Assembly (NCBI RefSeq): GCF_964204645.1
Contig: NC_134025.1
Coordinates: 11,284,001 to 11,348,000, forward strand
DNA from: Tubulanus polymorphus
Taxonomy: Eukaryota; Animalia; Nemertea
Reading direction: 5' to 3'
Length of the DNA stretch: 64,000 nucleotides
The notes below the pieces were generated by a model. It did not search any database. It saw only the letters and a list, made by a program, of their open reading frames with translations, and was not told the origin of the DNA. Of the stretch, positions 26,575-41,569 are shown in pieces (within the stretch, counting starts at the first letter, position 1; the number at the start of each line of letters is the position of its first letter). The position numbers were made by a program, and so were the translations under genes.

Positions 26575-27139
26575 CTGGAAGAAAAAACATGATCGAATGG
26601 CTTGGATGAATCTGGGACAAATTTGTACGTTGTCCCGATAAAACAAACCGTCCTGTTCGGCGCGATTGATCAAAAACCTGATTGATCCGATTGATCAGAA
26701 ATTGAGTCATTTTTGGTATGAATTAATTTTCATTGCGATTTTTGTTGACTTTTCACATCCAGCATTAAGGCAAATATATTTTGATAAGTTATGATTCTAT
26801 ATTATGACTCAACTTTTGTTCTTTCTTTTTTTTACTTCTAGTGTAGTTGCACGATGAATTGAAGATAAACTAAATGCATTTACAAATCCATGAACTTATA
26901 CAAGCAACATCTGGAAATCCTTCACACCCCAATGATTTAGCGGAGGCGCCACTATACAACACTCAGAAGTTAGCGTTTTCATTGGAATTGGGAGTGGAGA
27001 GTTGATTTCATTGCTGCCGATATCGAAACCAAAATCAGCTTCCAGGGACCTCAAATCGACCAACGAAATTGAGATCTCCACGCTGTATGATAAGCTATAA
27101 AAAGTCGCCCAACTATAGAAGTTTTCATGAAATGCTTAC

Positions 27140-27470
27140 CTAACTGGCGTGTTGGTGAAGTGAATTCGTAAAGCTTTGTTGTTTGTCGAATCAAGTTGCT
27201 ACTTATCGTGTTATTGTGTGGATAAGAATTTATGAACAAGCTGCACGTTTTCGATGCCTTGTCATAGGCAAAATATCGCACACCAGATACAGCTAAAACT
27301 CTTTGGCCGCAAATTACCGCTGAACGCTGAACACTCACTTGTACCAATTCCAAACTAATCGACAATTTATTTGATCTGAACTCCGCAGATTCGTTTGCCT
27401 GAAGAATTTTTACGATGTTTGTCATCAGCAACAAAATGAATATACCGCAACAAGAATTTCCGACCTCCAT
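27140..27470 (-). CDS. Secreted PAN/apple-like + C-type lectin-like protein, exon 1 (signal peptide + PAN/apple-like module)
   Basis: Hydrophobic leader MEVGNSCCGIFILLLMTNIVKILQA. RSAVIC...FAYDKASKTCSLF resembles a PAN/apple pattern. Donor TTAG|GTAAGC, phase 1. Confidence 0.75.
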
Positions 27471-27977
27471 ATCGTTTTAGAGAAAAAAAAGTTGTGACGA
27501 TGTATGTGTATGTGAATTCTTTTTCACGAATGAATGAAAAGGTTTCAGTTATCTCAACGCATGAAGCGCAGAAAAATAGTCCCTGCGACCAAATTAAATG
27601 GATTAAACGCGAGCGTGCTTCAATCAAGATCGTGTCTTCGACTAGTATCGTCATTACGTGATCTTCTGACAGTTTTACCTATGAAATATTTATCCATACC
27701 TATAGAAAACAATATCTAATTCATTAGAATATTGCGACAGCTTCTAACGTCCTAACTATTCAGATCAGCATGCATCAGTATTTTGATACGTATAATGTAG
27801 ATGAATTGAAGGAGTGGCATTAATGCCAGCGCAACATTTTGGACGTTTCACTCGTAGTGATCGTAAACATTTCCAAATAAAATGAGTCCACCAACGATGC
27901 CTGTTTTAGCCCTCGATATCCCCTGAAGGTAATATATCATTACCAAACGTTTTAGGCACTTATCGCGTAAACGATTT

Positions 27978-28995
<1,018 letters not shown>

Positions 28996-30519
28996 TTTCT
29001 TTTATTTTCGATATATAACACAATACAGTATTTCAATGAGGTGACCAAGTAAAGAATACATTGGTAATGAAAATTCAATAATCAAGTCAATATTTGTCTG
29101 TCCCGCAAAGGTTTAATTTTTTTGAATTGTAACAAAATTCAGATGATACAAGATGGTAACTCCATGCAGATTCTGGTTCACTATGAGTTTTTTTTACCAT
29201 GGAATATGTAAACACGTATTTTGGGCATCAGAGCAACAAAATGTTTTCAACCGGCCACGCAAGATTCCCTTGCGCAAGGGGAAAAGGTTGCTTTACAACT
29301 AATCAAATCAAAAAGACCAATGAGTACAGTTCCCATCTACGTAACGACGAGCATGACGCATTGTCATCTAAAATTTTCATACGATTTCATTGAAATGAAG
29401 TGAATTATCTATTTACGTGGCTGGACTACCGAGTAACAACAGTGGCCGATCACAACAACCATAGATAGAAAGATTGATCAAAATGCGAACGACTCGTAAT
29501 AGCAGAAACATCCCGTTGTGTAACGTTGAGCTCATTCCAAAGTACTCTCATGAGAATCAATCACGAACCAGCGACCAACAAAGTTATCAAACAGAAAGTC
29601 AGTATTTGTCTTATCATTCAGCATCTTTTTCTACTGCAGCTTACAATACCATTACCAACCCCTGGTACCAACCCCACTAGTTAGTTGGTGGTAATCGGAT
29701 GGGCTTGTGGGGTTTGTGAAAATATCCGATCGTGAAACTAAACAACGGTTACTGACTACATTCTCCACCAGCTTTTTCAAAAATCTGTTCAAGACTCCCA
29801 AGATTTTGCAAGTGTCTCGTCGAAGAGCTTTGTATGACTCTCGCAGAGTTTTACTCTCAAAGTACTAGGTTCTCCAACCTCCCAAGCCTTCCAGAGCTCA
29901 TTTTGTTTATACGAATTCAGTACTAATTGTTGTATAGGAACTAGTAGACGGATATCGATATTTATCCACGCGGCCTAAAAGAATGACTACGGAGCAAGCA
30001 AAATCCAAACACCGGATTTAAACATTTTTTTAAACATTTTTCCGGCCGTAGAAAAATGTTATGCTGAGTAACGGATTTTCGAGTTAATAGGATTCGAGGA
30101 GAAAATTTTACTCTACTTGTGAACCGTACGTATTGTATTCGAAATCTTCTTTCCGTGATTCTATAATACATACAACCATTAGAACTATGCATTGGTTTTT
30201 CATTCCCGCAACTTGCTTAATGTATATGCATCTGTTTGTGGTGATAGTTAGTATGACCGAGGCCAAATCCGAGTTTTAGGCAATTCAGACATCATTAAAG
30301 TACAAATCAAAGAAGGATAGCTTAAAATAGTTAGATATATATTTATTTTCTGGTAGAGGTATTTCAAAACGGACTTCGTCATCATATTCTTCATGCAACG
30401 ATACATAAGTGACGTAAGTTTAAAAAGTATAGACCGATGGCAACAATGCACTGAGTGAAAGAAAAGAAATGAGATACATGTATTTTTGTTGTTATTCAAA
30501 GTCAAACCAAAATTTAGTT

Positions 30520-30770
30520 AATTGTTGTTTGTTTGTTGTTTGTTTGTTTTGCTTTACGTTGTTTGGATCTTGATTTCGCAAAGACTTATTAACCATATTG
30601 GAGTATTCATCTTACTTTACAATAGATGTGTTACCTGTTACCTTTAATGTGTTACCAGCAGGACTCGAACCTGCTGATATTAGCCTAGTGAATGCAACAC
30701 TACAGCACCACACACACACACACACACACACACCCACCTTTTTACCCCACTCAGCTACTGAGGCTGCCTA
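30520..30770 (-). mobile_element. tRNA-derived SINE remnant
   Basis: Minus strand shows an A-box TAGCTGAGTGG, a B-box GGTTCGAGTCC and an (AAAC)n 3' tail, with a (TG)n tract between the boxes. Confidence 0.6.
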
Positions 30771-30803
30771 ATTATAGATAATCAGCGAAATTTTATGAAT
30801 CTA

Positions 30804-31146
30804 TAACCAAGTCTACACTAGCGCGTTGTACCCAGGTTTTAACGTACTTGGGTTCAACAAAAAACCCCCTTCGCGGTGAGTAGCATCTACACTTAACGCG
30901 GTTTAGGTAACATCTATAGGAGTGCAAGTTCAAGGTAAATTGTGGTGCCCGAACACTGCATTGAACACGGGTTCACTGTCTACACTAGCAACAAATCCAA
31001 AGTTTTGCGCGAACGCGGGTTTAATGCAGAGTGTACCCTTCTTTTTCTGAAACCCAAGTTTTGCGGAAAACAATGCATTGGACCCGTGTTTCAAGCTAAG
31101 TGGAGGCGCATAACCTGGGTACAAAATGGTAGTGTAGACGTAGGTA
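30804..31146. mobile_element. MITE with GTCTACACTA TIR core
   Basis: ACCAAGTCTACACTAG ... GTAGTGTAGACGTAGGT, with internal TCTACACT repeats. Confidence 0.55.
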
Positions 31147-31625
31147 TTGTCTTCCTGGATTTTGGACGCCATCCAGGTGCAGATAACTAAGTAGACTTGA
31201 ATTATTCATTTTTGGATTTCATAAGTTTTCTATGGCTGGGAATTACCTATTGTGCTGACATCTATCGGTTCTTGGTAGAGTAAAAAATCTAAAACAAATT
31301 GTTGACATTATCATGAAACGTGGCCAAATATTTACCCGGCTGCGGCAACACTGAAATTAGGCACATATCAGGCCAAGAAATTATATGTTGTTTCTCCAGC
31401 ACACCTTTTATAAACCATGAATGGGAGGCCTGGAGAAATTTAGGTATATATTTTAATTTACACTTATAGAATATTTTATACGGTAATATTAAAGTAGAAA
31501 TAAAATTTCCGTTGCACACGCATTTTCCAGATACTAGCGGTGTCTGATTTCATTTTGTTTTTTTTTTGTTTATTCATTTGATTCCAATTCGGTTGTATCT
31601 ATGCCTATTGTCGGCCACCGTTTCG

Positions 31626-31884
31626 CAGGGTCCGATCTAAGCGTTTGTCTGATTACCCAGGAAATTATACATTCATTAGGGCAAGTAGGTTATCATTATC
31701 ACTTGCCCACTGGGTTAGTGCATTTTTATGTTTCAAAGCCTTTTTCCTAATCGATACTAAGGATGATTGTACCGCCCGTCGGACTGCCTGAGTGGGGCAA
31801 GTAGATTTTTGAAAGGGGCAAACGAAATTTCAGATGCTTATCCCCTGCTGGGCAAGTGGCTTTTATTCCTGAGATCGGACCATG
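31626..31884. mobile_element. MITE with 13-bp TIR (hAT-like CA...TG ends)
   Basis: CAGGGTCCGATCT ... AGATCGGACCATG, with internal GGGCAAGT repeats. No clear TSD. Confidence 0.55.
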
Positions 31885-34705
31885 GATGGTTTTATTGCCA
31901 AATCTGGATAGATATCAACATTGCAAGACGACCGAATAAACCAGCACAAACCGTTATGCTTCCAATGTCTCCGTTTCTAAACGCATGCATACCAGTAGGC
32001 CGAAAGTGAGAAAAGCCGCCGAGAAATCGGTACAGTGTGCACGCGTCAATAACATTGATGACTCCATTGTCCCTGTAGTTTGCAATAGGTCCGAATCCCA
32101 GCTTATTTCCAATTTTCATAATGCATAAGATATTTTGTTTTAAGTGCAGAGATTACTTTTGTAGATAACGGGGGCTTTATAATGATGAGCTATCATTGTT
32201 TGTATTAATCCAAGATTAGGATTGATTGATGTGACTCGTGGATTGACGTGTGGAACTGGATCAAGCATTCTTCGTTTTTTATCATCAATCATTGCTTAAG
32301 GATCATTTGTATTTTTTTGGATAGCAGAAGCTAGAAATTTAAGATATACTGGTAGCCTATATGAAAAAAATTTAATATACAATACGTGTATGTAGCATAT
32401 TTTTTTTCTATCGCACGTATTCTTGATTCGAAACTGAGCATACAACCCTACGACCTTGAGATATCTATAAGTTCATTATTTCATATTTGGCATGCATCAG
32501 CAATGGAACCTTATTACGTGGAAAACAAAATAAACCAGCGACACTTAGTTTATCAAATTCCACCGAAGTACTTGAACTATAAAGATCAGCATTCTTCTGG
32601 ATTCGAACCGAAGCGCGCTAAATGTGATAAACCAGCGCAACACGGGTCATCAAAATTTAAAATTAACGGGATTCGAACCTATTAGAATCAGTTTTGACGC
32701 CCGCGCGCTCAATCTAACACTTACCTGTGCGCACGCGTAATCATCATTCATTTCAAAGTTTATTTGCATAGAAAAGTAAAAACATACAATTTACACAGGC
32801 CTAGCAAAGCCAGTCACTTTACGCTAGTACCTATACAAAAGACAATATATAAAAACACCTATACAAAAATATCAAGAATATATAAGAATACAAAATTTAA
32901 CGATGACTCGGTACAGTGCGGATTGCGTATATAAAACATGCTACGAAATTCATTTTAAGATTGATAATTATTCATTTTTGGTATTCACTTATCTTAAATG
33001 CCAGTTATAACAGATAAATGATATGAAACAGTTAAATTCAGTGAAGACGGAATAAACGGACTATTTCGAAGTTCGAATAACGTTTGGAATTGGCAATTTT
33101 CTCCATATAGGCCTATTTGCGAGATATTATTGTGTGTGATTTTGTTTCTTTTAAATTACGGTTATGCAGTAAATCATACACTGACGCAACGACTGTAAGA
33201 TTTCGGTATAAAAAAACGCGTTTTCACGCTGCGCCAATAAAAGAATCGACACGAACGTATCATCATCATGTGATTCGTCTTGAAACTACTTAACCGGATT
33301 CTACACTTGGGCCACTAATGAATCAAATATATATAATCGTACAGGTAGCTTTAATCTATTCTAGTTGCTAGCTAGCGAAAAATGCTATGATTTATTATTT
33401 TTACATTAAATTAACCGTTGATTAGTTTTTTTGAAAATGACAATTTAAACCTGTGTGCAGTTTAAGTTTCTCTTTCTTCGGATTGTCTTCTATTTTTGAG
33501 ACTGAGTGAGCTCCTTCGATTTTCCCATTGAGCATTATATACCTTTCTTATGCTTTATGCTTTGTACATCGTTTGCAATATTTCTCTACTTTTTGTCCTC
33601 GGTGGGGATCGGAAACTTATGATTCGGTAACTGCCATTCAAACGAGGAAAGCTAGAGCTGAAACCAATGATACTAAGATCATATAACGACATTCGTTTGT
33701 GTGGTATTTGCCAACTTAAAATGGGAGCTTCGCAGGCTATTGTAAGTTTAAAATTTCATAGTTTAAAATGTGAATGATTACAAGGAGGTATTGCATTTAG
33801 TGAAAGAAAATCCTAACAAAATAAGATGAAAACATCACTGCCATATTGCTACCATTTGGAGGATGTCTCCCTCCATGAGAAAATTAGTGAGCTAGTTTCT
33901 CCCTCTGTTGGGACATTAATGAACTACATGTACGTGTTTTTCTTGTCATTATTATTGACATGTAAGGCTGATATGTTTATGTATCCACATTAATGAAATA
34001 ATGAATGATTTATTTACTTATAGTACAACATTATAAACATAATTTCTTTAGATATATAATTTTTTTGGTAAATAGGTAAATGAATAAGAATAAGCCCTAG
34101 AGGCTGTGCCTAATAGGGAATTGCCCGTTGATGCTCCCCCGCTATCCTGCAAGTTACTAATTGAACTAATAGAACTCTTGTTTAAAGCTTTTTGATTAAA
34201 CAGCTCCGCATTTTTCCGGCCCCTTCCAATTCTGCTAAGTGCCAACAGAGAACATTACCGATTTCCGGTAAGCGAATCGCTTCATTATCAGAAAAACGAA
34301 TCTTTTGTTACGCTTTTCGTTAAGCTATTTTACATTTATGATTGAACGAGCTGCGGAGAATTTTGAACGCCCTGGAGTTCATTGACTAGATATTCAACTT
34401 TACCAAAAAGGACAGGATTGCAATTAGGTCGTGGATAGTATCTGACATTGAGGTTATCTTTTCAGTGCTCGATACAAGGACTTAGCTTGTTCGTTAAATG
34501 ATAACTCCGAGGGCAATGCTATATAGAAAATAATCCGATCCGTCCACTTTACAGGTTCATCACGTGAATATATAGATTCTATTTTCAGGGTTGGTAAGTT
34601 GAGTACCGTTATCATTCACCGCACTGAGATTAAGCCGTGAGTGACGACTATTCAGCGTTGTACGACCAAATCGATTGATATTTGGATAAGACGCCATAGA
34701 ACATA

Positions 34706-34711
34706 ATGAAA
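34706..34711 (+). CDS. Candidate start exon coding part (Met-Lys) of the TMEM86-like gene
   Basis: ATG AAA|GTAGGT is a phase-0 donor that joins in frame to the 34858 acceptor through a 146-bp intron. This gives a ~242-aa protein, a typical TMEM86 length. Inferred from splice signals only. Confidence 0.45.
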
Positions 34712-34857
34712 GTAGGTCTACATTTTGATGTGTACTGTGTATTTTTCTGTTATTTTGAATTTCGTAATTTCCGAGCGTGGATATAACCAGTATTGGTAGT
34801 TTCACGGATCCTATAAGGCTTGGCAAGAGAAATAACTTCGTTATCATTTTCTTTCAG

Positions 34858-35580
34858 GGTCATAGCAAACTGGAGTACGCCGCCGGGTTGATTCCGTTTT
34901 TCGTGTCGTTGTTAGCGTACTGCGTGTACTGCCAGCCTCACGTCTCGCGTCACAGCGCGTCTGTCTACGCGGCCACGTTCAAGTGTCTCCCGATAGTCTG
35001 CCTGATCGCTTTCGTGGCGTCCGTTTCCGACGAACGACCCGCTCAGGAACGTCGAAGCAGCAACAAGAAATACCTCATCCTCGGTCTGCTATTTTCATGC
35101 GCGGGCGATGCGTGTTTGGTATTCAAAGACTCGTTATTTCTATGCGGAATGGCGATGTTCGCCATCGCGTTAGCTTGTTACGTAAACGTCTTCGGATTTT
35201 GGATTTCCAACGCCAAATTGTCGATGGTTCATCTAATACCGCCCGCAGTTACGTTTTTGTGTCTATACGGCAGCCTTAGTTTACTGTTAATGGTCGCGTG
35301 CACCGTCTACACGACCGTTTTCTTCATATTGGGTGTGAGTGCGTGTCATCGACTCTTCTACAATCCGAGCCTCGTTAATCTTGCCGGCTATATCGGCTGC
35401 TGGTCCTTCGCGATATCTGATTTCATACTCGCAGTGGACAAGTGGAAGATGAAAATCGATTCCGTGACGATATTTGTCATGGCTCTCTACTACGTTGGAC
35501 AGCTATTAATCGCCATTTCGTTCGCCGGAAATTGCAGGCGACAAGTCTCGGACCCTTCGCGTCAGAAGAGATCGAATTGA
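34858..35580 (+). CDS. TMEM86: TMEM86/YhhN-family lysoplasmalogenase-like multi-pass membrane protein, main coding exon
   Basis: Motifs LIPFF, KCLPIVCL, GLLFSCAGDACL, GMAMFA, FAISDFILAVDKW and MALYYVGQLLIAIS match TMEM86A/B and YhhN. About 8 hydrophobic segments. Acceptor ttttctttcag|GGT at 34857/34858, phase 0. Confidence 0.9.
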   Translation, partial: GHSKLEYAAGLIPFFVSLLAYCVYCQPHVSRHSASVYAATFKCLPIVCLIAFVASVSDERPAQERRSSNKKYLILGLLFSCAGDACLVFKDSLFLCGMAMFAIALACYVNVFGFWISNAKLSMVHLIPPAVTFLCLYGSLSLLLMVACTVYTTVFFILGVSACHRLFYNPSLVNLAGYIGCWSFAISDFILAVDKWKMKIDSVTIFVMALYYVGQLLIAISFAGNCRRQVSDPSRQKRSN

Positions 35581-37089
35581 TTGGAGAACGTAGCCAACCC
35601 GTTTTAAGCTTGTTAAGTATTACAGGTTCGGTGTGACCTATGAATTAATGAAAAGTCAGTCACAAATGATTAGCATTGCTGTTTACCTAACTAAATCCCT
35701 TCTGATAATATTATGTCAGACCCTTTGATTTCAAGAAAACGAATCGTGGAATTCGTCATTCATTTTATCTTGGCGATATCACGCTTGCGCTATCGTCGAT
35801 ACGTTCTGATAGATGTTTTATCGCAATGGGTCATTTTTATCTAAAGGTCGAGAAAAACAATACGTATGCGACGATACGATTAAACACCGATTCAAATAAT
35901 CGATTCCGACTTGGCATAGAGGCCTATTTAAAAGCCATTCGAACTACACCTTCAGAACGGGGCGGGATACGCAGTCTGGAAGAAACGACTGAATGACATG
36001 CATTCCCTAATTTACGTGTGCCATCGAAAATTCATTAAGCCCACGCGCGGCAATCGATATTTCAGGGATGAGCTGCATGTGAAAAGTGCGAGAAAAACGT
36101 GAAAATTTCTGAGACGTAATTTTTTTTGTGAAAATGCGAAAATTTTCGAAACTTATGTGAATCTTTTTAAAAATTATTGTCGTAAGAAAATCCTTATGTT
36201 GTTTTCCTTATAGGCTGTATATATGTTTTTCTATCTCTTGGCTCTGCTTTGACCGTAGATAATTCATAGTGTAATGTTGATCACTGATTTGTATACCCTA
36301 GTTACAGGTAGGTCAATATTCTTATAATGCCTTCAACATGTTTAACTATGTAGTTCTAGCATGTAAACTCGTCGAAAATGAAGAAGTCGTTGTGAAGTAA
36401 TGTGAAAAAGTGGAAAATGGCCATGCGAAGAAAGAAATGTGAAAATTTCAGAATCTTGCATTTCATCGCTATGTTATTTGCGTATATAGGATTTTGAATG
36501 TCGTCTTAATAGTAGCATTCCAGTCCGATACAGATTCTATGTAAAGTGGTGAACTATATTTAACAACGCGTTGGTTGTATCTTCATGTATACGCGTGCAT
36601 GTAAAAGACGACTGGGAGATATTTTCCACTTGATAAGAACAAATACGTTTTCGATAAATTCCAGGTGTTGGTCCTAGCGGTAGTTTTCTGTTATTTCGGA
36701 AAAATGATTTAAAATGATAACATATCATGCCTTTTCAGATAGGACGGAAGATCATTTCAAGTAATTATTGCGCTAACACGATTTATCTTTATATCATTGA
36801 CTTCAGAGTTCAAATTCCAGTTTACGCGTACATGACGAAATCTTCGGGCAATGTTTCGCTAAAGTGCGATCTGTTTCTGTGCCAGAAAAAAAAACCTTTC
36901 ACAACATGATATGATCGTCAGAACTGGTGAATCGCTAAATAAAGTATTAACAAAAAATGAAAATACGTAGAGATAAAGAAATTTCTAACGGCCATTTACT
37001 GTGTTTGTCAATGTTACGTTGTCTCGTGACTTAAGTGCAAAGCTGCACAATTCCGATTTATTAAGCTTTTGATTAAGAAAAAACTGATG

Positions 37090-37231
37090 CAGGGCCGTAC
37101 CTAGCATTTGAATTTCTGGAGGCAGAGAAAGCCGAAAAAGGGCAGTTTTGTAGGATATAACAATAATACTTGCGAAAAGGACATTTTCCAAAATTGCTGG
37201 GGGCAACTGCTACCTGCTGAATACGGCCCTG
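37090..37231. mobile_element. Short MITE (hAT-like)
   Basis: CAGGGCCGTA ... TACGGCCCTG perfect 10-bp TIR. Confidence 0.55.
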
Positions 37232-40200
37232 TGCTGTAGACATCCCTGTCGTGTTATTAGCTTGATTTCTTACTACTTAACGCTGGCTGAGGGCAAAGGC
37301 CGATATTTGCCTACAACGACTATACACATTTTGTTATTCCAAGAAACACTGGAATATTCGGAACGAGACATGTACTTTTACGATGCTTCTCATCAACAAT
37401 ACATGCTGATTAAGTGTTGTGTAAAATATCGATATATCATGCAATATCCGTAACAACTATTATCATGCACTTCAAAGACCCAGCATTTTTCGCATGCCTT
37501 AAATACTTATAGCTCATAGTATTGGGGCCCCTATCGATGAATCGAGACAAAATGTACCCGGGAGATAGGAGAAATAGGGATCCAATTTTTAACCTATATT
37601 TACCCTATGCCGATCAAGGTCTAAGCTTTCCCCGTGTCTATGAGATCGAGCCCAGTTGTCAAGAGACACCTCCTGATATCTTATCATTAGGACGGATGAT
37701 TTTGAGAGACTTTGTAACGCGCATCTGCGGAACTGAGGCAACGGGAATAGTTCATTATATTTTTCGCACGGCATACATTTTGCAATCGCACAGTCGTTTC
37801 ATGTAACGTGCGTTAACGGCAGAACAGCTATTCATAAAACATACTTAATGAATTATCAATAAGAGCTCAGGTTTACATTTTATCGATGTTGTGATATATT
37901 GTTATGTTGTAATACAATAAATAAATCATATGTTAAACCAACTTATATCAAATCAGCTTGTGAATGTTGAATTTCGACTAGGTGTAGAGGAAAGTAAGCT
38001 TTGCAAGTGCGGATCCAGGGAGACTTTTGTGAGACTTGTACGAGTCCTTCAAATTTTTGAGTGCCCTTTTTGTCAATTAAGGAAATTGGTGCATTTCAGC
38101 GCAGAAGTGACCTCACATTGCTTTTTGGATGGACATCGAAGTGCCCTTAGTTCTGCAAAATTCGCCCCTGGATCCGCCTGGATGCCTATCCCGAAAATGC
38201 ATACTATACAGTTACTCTTCTCTCCCTTCGGCACACCTGATTCAATTCGATACTAGTGTCTGATCATTTGGCTGATAATTTAAAAGTGTCCAAATTGATC
38301 CTAGTGTCTTGCTAGAATTTCTGAAATTTCCATTTTGGACATCTAAAGTGGATTTCAGTTCAATAAAGCTAGATAACTCGCGATGGAAAATTGTTAAAAT
38401 TAAGACCACCTCAATTTGGGAAGTTCCAAATGAACCGAGAACCCCCAGCACCGTGCTTTTTACAATTCGAGCATGGGGTATTCGGGAAATATAAATACAC
38501 ACGCATTAGAATGTGCTGCCATCTGTTGTAGCAATTCGGTAAACAGGTAGATTTGAATCGCCCAAGAGAACAGGCTAATAATATCAGTTAAACCCCTTGC
38601 TTCGTTCCGGCAGGTGTGGTGGGTTTTTTTAAGGTACGCCAAATAAAAAAAATGAAACCGACCAATCAAATAAATAACAGGATCAAATATCCGTTAAAAC
38701 GGTCGATGCTATATCATACTTGTTTCCCACTTAAAATGAAAATGAAGATGATTACCTCAGCTACAATTCAAACCCTGTAATTGATAGAGCATTCAGTTTG
38801 TTTGTCGACTGTTTTGGGGTTGGGGCGTTACCAAATCCCATCTTCAGAGTGACAATTGTGCGAAGTTCATTGAGATGGTTGGTAGTTTATCCTCCTGTGA
38901 TAACCTTGCCATTCGTTCTTGGCAATGGGTCAAAAAGGAGGCTAATCTAAAACTTCACCGAGCAGTGGGTTGCCTAATAGTTAACGTAGGTTGCAAATTC
39001 GGGACAGGCGTTGGGTATCACGGCAGTTAATTATCCGTGTGGACTTCATGCAGTTTCGAAAACCGATGCAACCGCATAAGTAAACAGAGCCACGTCCGAA
39101 AAAGTACCCAGTGCCCTTGTTTCGCGGCGGAGGGTTTCTGGCGGTAGTTCCCTGTATCTGTACAATTCACACAAATAATCAGGAAACACCTATGTATCAA
39201 CGCGTGGTGAATATTGGAACCACAAAGATCCGATTTAGAGCAACAAATATTGAGGGAATTGTGTAGACATTTGTATGAAAATCACCATCATTTTTCCTGA
39301 AAATTATCGGACTCTTTGGATGGCTGTTGTATACATGCGAAAGTAAAATTTCAAAAAAGTTTCTGCAGATTCGTCTTTTTCTACGTATTTCATTTTTGTT
39401 CTATCAAAACTGAAAGTAACGTCACGATGTATGTAACTAATAAATTAGCAGTAAATTGAGGTAATTATGAATTAAACGTTTTGTTTAATAAACATTCTAG
39501 ATTTATGGTATTTTTTCTCGCTGAACGCAGCCGAACAGTTTTTCTTTGAAAAACCGAATTTCAAGCAAATAACGGCTCCCGTCGATGTTTCGTGTAGCCT
39601 GCGACGTTGATCTCAATTTATGAGTAATCTCCGGTTTCATAATTACCCAGGGGGTCAGGCCGTCATATCTCGCGCTCATTTCTCGGGGAATCTTTCGTTT
39701 CTTGCACTGACAGTTGAGAAACCCGCCAAGACCCAGCGCGCTGGCTCGATGTCATCGGGACCGCATCGTCGCGTGTTCGACTGTCAGATTTGCGCAATAC
39801 GACACCGACTCGGCTCACAATAGACGACAGAAAATCCAATTTTGTCAGTTCATTTCACATTGAAGTGGACGCTTTATTAAACAAGTGGTGTTGGCAACAG
39901 CAATTTGCGGCGGCCGTATTATTTTCAGATGATAGGTTTAGACGAATTAGAATGAAAGTCGAGCGCATCCCCAGACGTCTAGTTCATTTAGCCTTATCGT
40001 CATGACTGGCTGAAATTAATCGTATAAGACAGATTTGGAAGAAAGATGAGCTGATATCGTTTTTCATCCATAACAAGTCACTGAATCTGGTTACAAAATT
40101 CTGACACTCTCACATGCTATTAAGGGGCTTTCGTGTTGAACCGCTAAACGCCGAATGTTTTCTGGACTTTTGGAATGCGGACCGGTTAAAGGATTTTTCA

Positions 40201-41569
40201 CACCCACGTGACAAGCCAGCATATAAGTTGAAAATCTATGTTACATTTACGAGAGCTTTTCCAAATCCTATCTATCATATGGAACAAATTAGAAATTCGG
40301 GATTTAAGTTCGTTCAAAGCGCTCCAATCCAAGGATTATTCTGATTATGGCTGTTAGGCCAGCATCTTAGCTGTTAACGTTGGTTTTGCCCCACAGTATA
40401 TCGGTGCCGAATATTGCAGGGGTCCCCCACCACACCGGGCAAAACACCGGATATCCTGATAACATTTCATTTTTGATTTGCCGCACAGGACCCACAGGAT
40501 TTCATGCATATATCAGGTTTTCGTTACCTTCCGCATATGTAGAACTATACGGCAACTTTAATGGGGTCCAGTCGTTCATTTTGAGCACCCGGTACGCTTC
40601 TCGAGGCCTACCGATCTATTTGTGGTCTCATGCTTCATTGCAGCGATGCCTTTTCGTCGATTTCTCAGTATCATATAGTGAGTTTCGATAATTCGATTTT
40701 TTACAATACGATAAATGTTGATACTTATCGTTGAATATACTTTAGTTGAAATTCTCATGGATCAACCCTGGCCGTTTGAGCTGGAAATTTTCGACACGAT
40801 CGATGAGGAAGAGGTGATCATCTTTACGTTAGCCTAATAACCGATGACTTATTGCGTAATATTTTCTGGTTTTGCCGAAAGGAAAATCATTTTGATTGAA
40901 TGAATCATCGGTTGCAATCAGTCATTTGAGTAGTCAGAAAAACTAGTTTCGATGGAATTATGTGGTAAATGTGCGAATAAAGAAGTTTCCAGTTTCTAGG
41001 CGCCATTTTGTGGCGATCCCTCGAGGTCCCCATTGTTGCGATAATTTGCGCTCATTTTTAAAACATAAGTTTAGATTGAATTTCATATAGCTCTGCAGTC
41101 CCTTGCCCCATTTTTCCCCATCTAAGCCGTTTTGATAATCCTTTTTTTCAGATTTGGGGTTTTTACGTAAAATTTGTCATCAGCTCTGTTTTCGTTTAAT
41201 CATATTGTTTACCTGTGTAGGTTGCAGATACCATCCACTCTTCACCTCAAAATCCTTCGGGGATCGAAAAATTATGAAATGCGAGGACAAGCAAACGTAA
41301 CTAGCTCATTCTGAGGTATTAGGTTGGTCTTGAAAATACTGTTATCTGATTATATCAAAAAGATACATTTTTGATGTTTCTACATCAAAATATGCATTTC
41401 GAAGATTGTATGGTGGCCTCGCGTTACATCGTTCCGACTGCAGGCCCGTACTCGGGGGGGGGGGGGGGGTGCGATCATTTCACGTCTCTCTTCTCTGGCA
41501 TTTGCTCACATTCATTATAACTATGATACATGGATCTACTGTGGGTTTTTACCGATTCCATGACTGCTA

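Noticed and set aside
30655-30770. tRNA gene
   Set aside because: A and B boxes are present but no cloverleaf could be built. The (TG)n insertion and simple-repeat tail indicate a SINE.
34777-34857. N-terminal extension MDITSIGS... of the TMEM86 ORF
   Set aside because: GTG start and a strong polypyrimidine/AG acceptor at 34857 indicate intron sequence.
38955-39250. Possible second SINE
   Set aside because: A and B boxes are too degenerate and there is no second copy in the window to support it.
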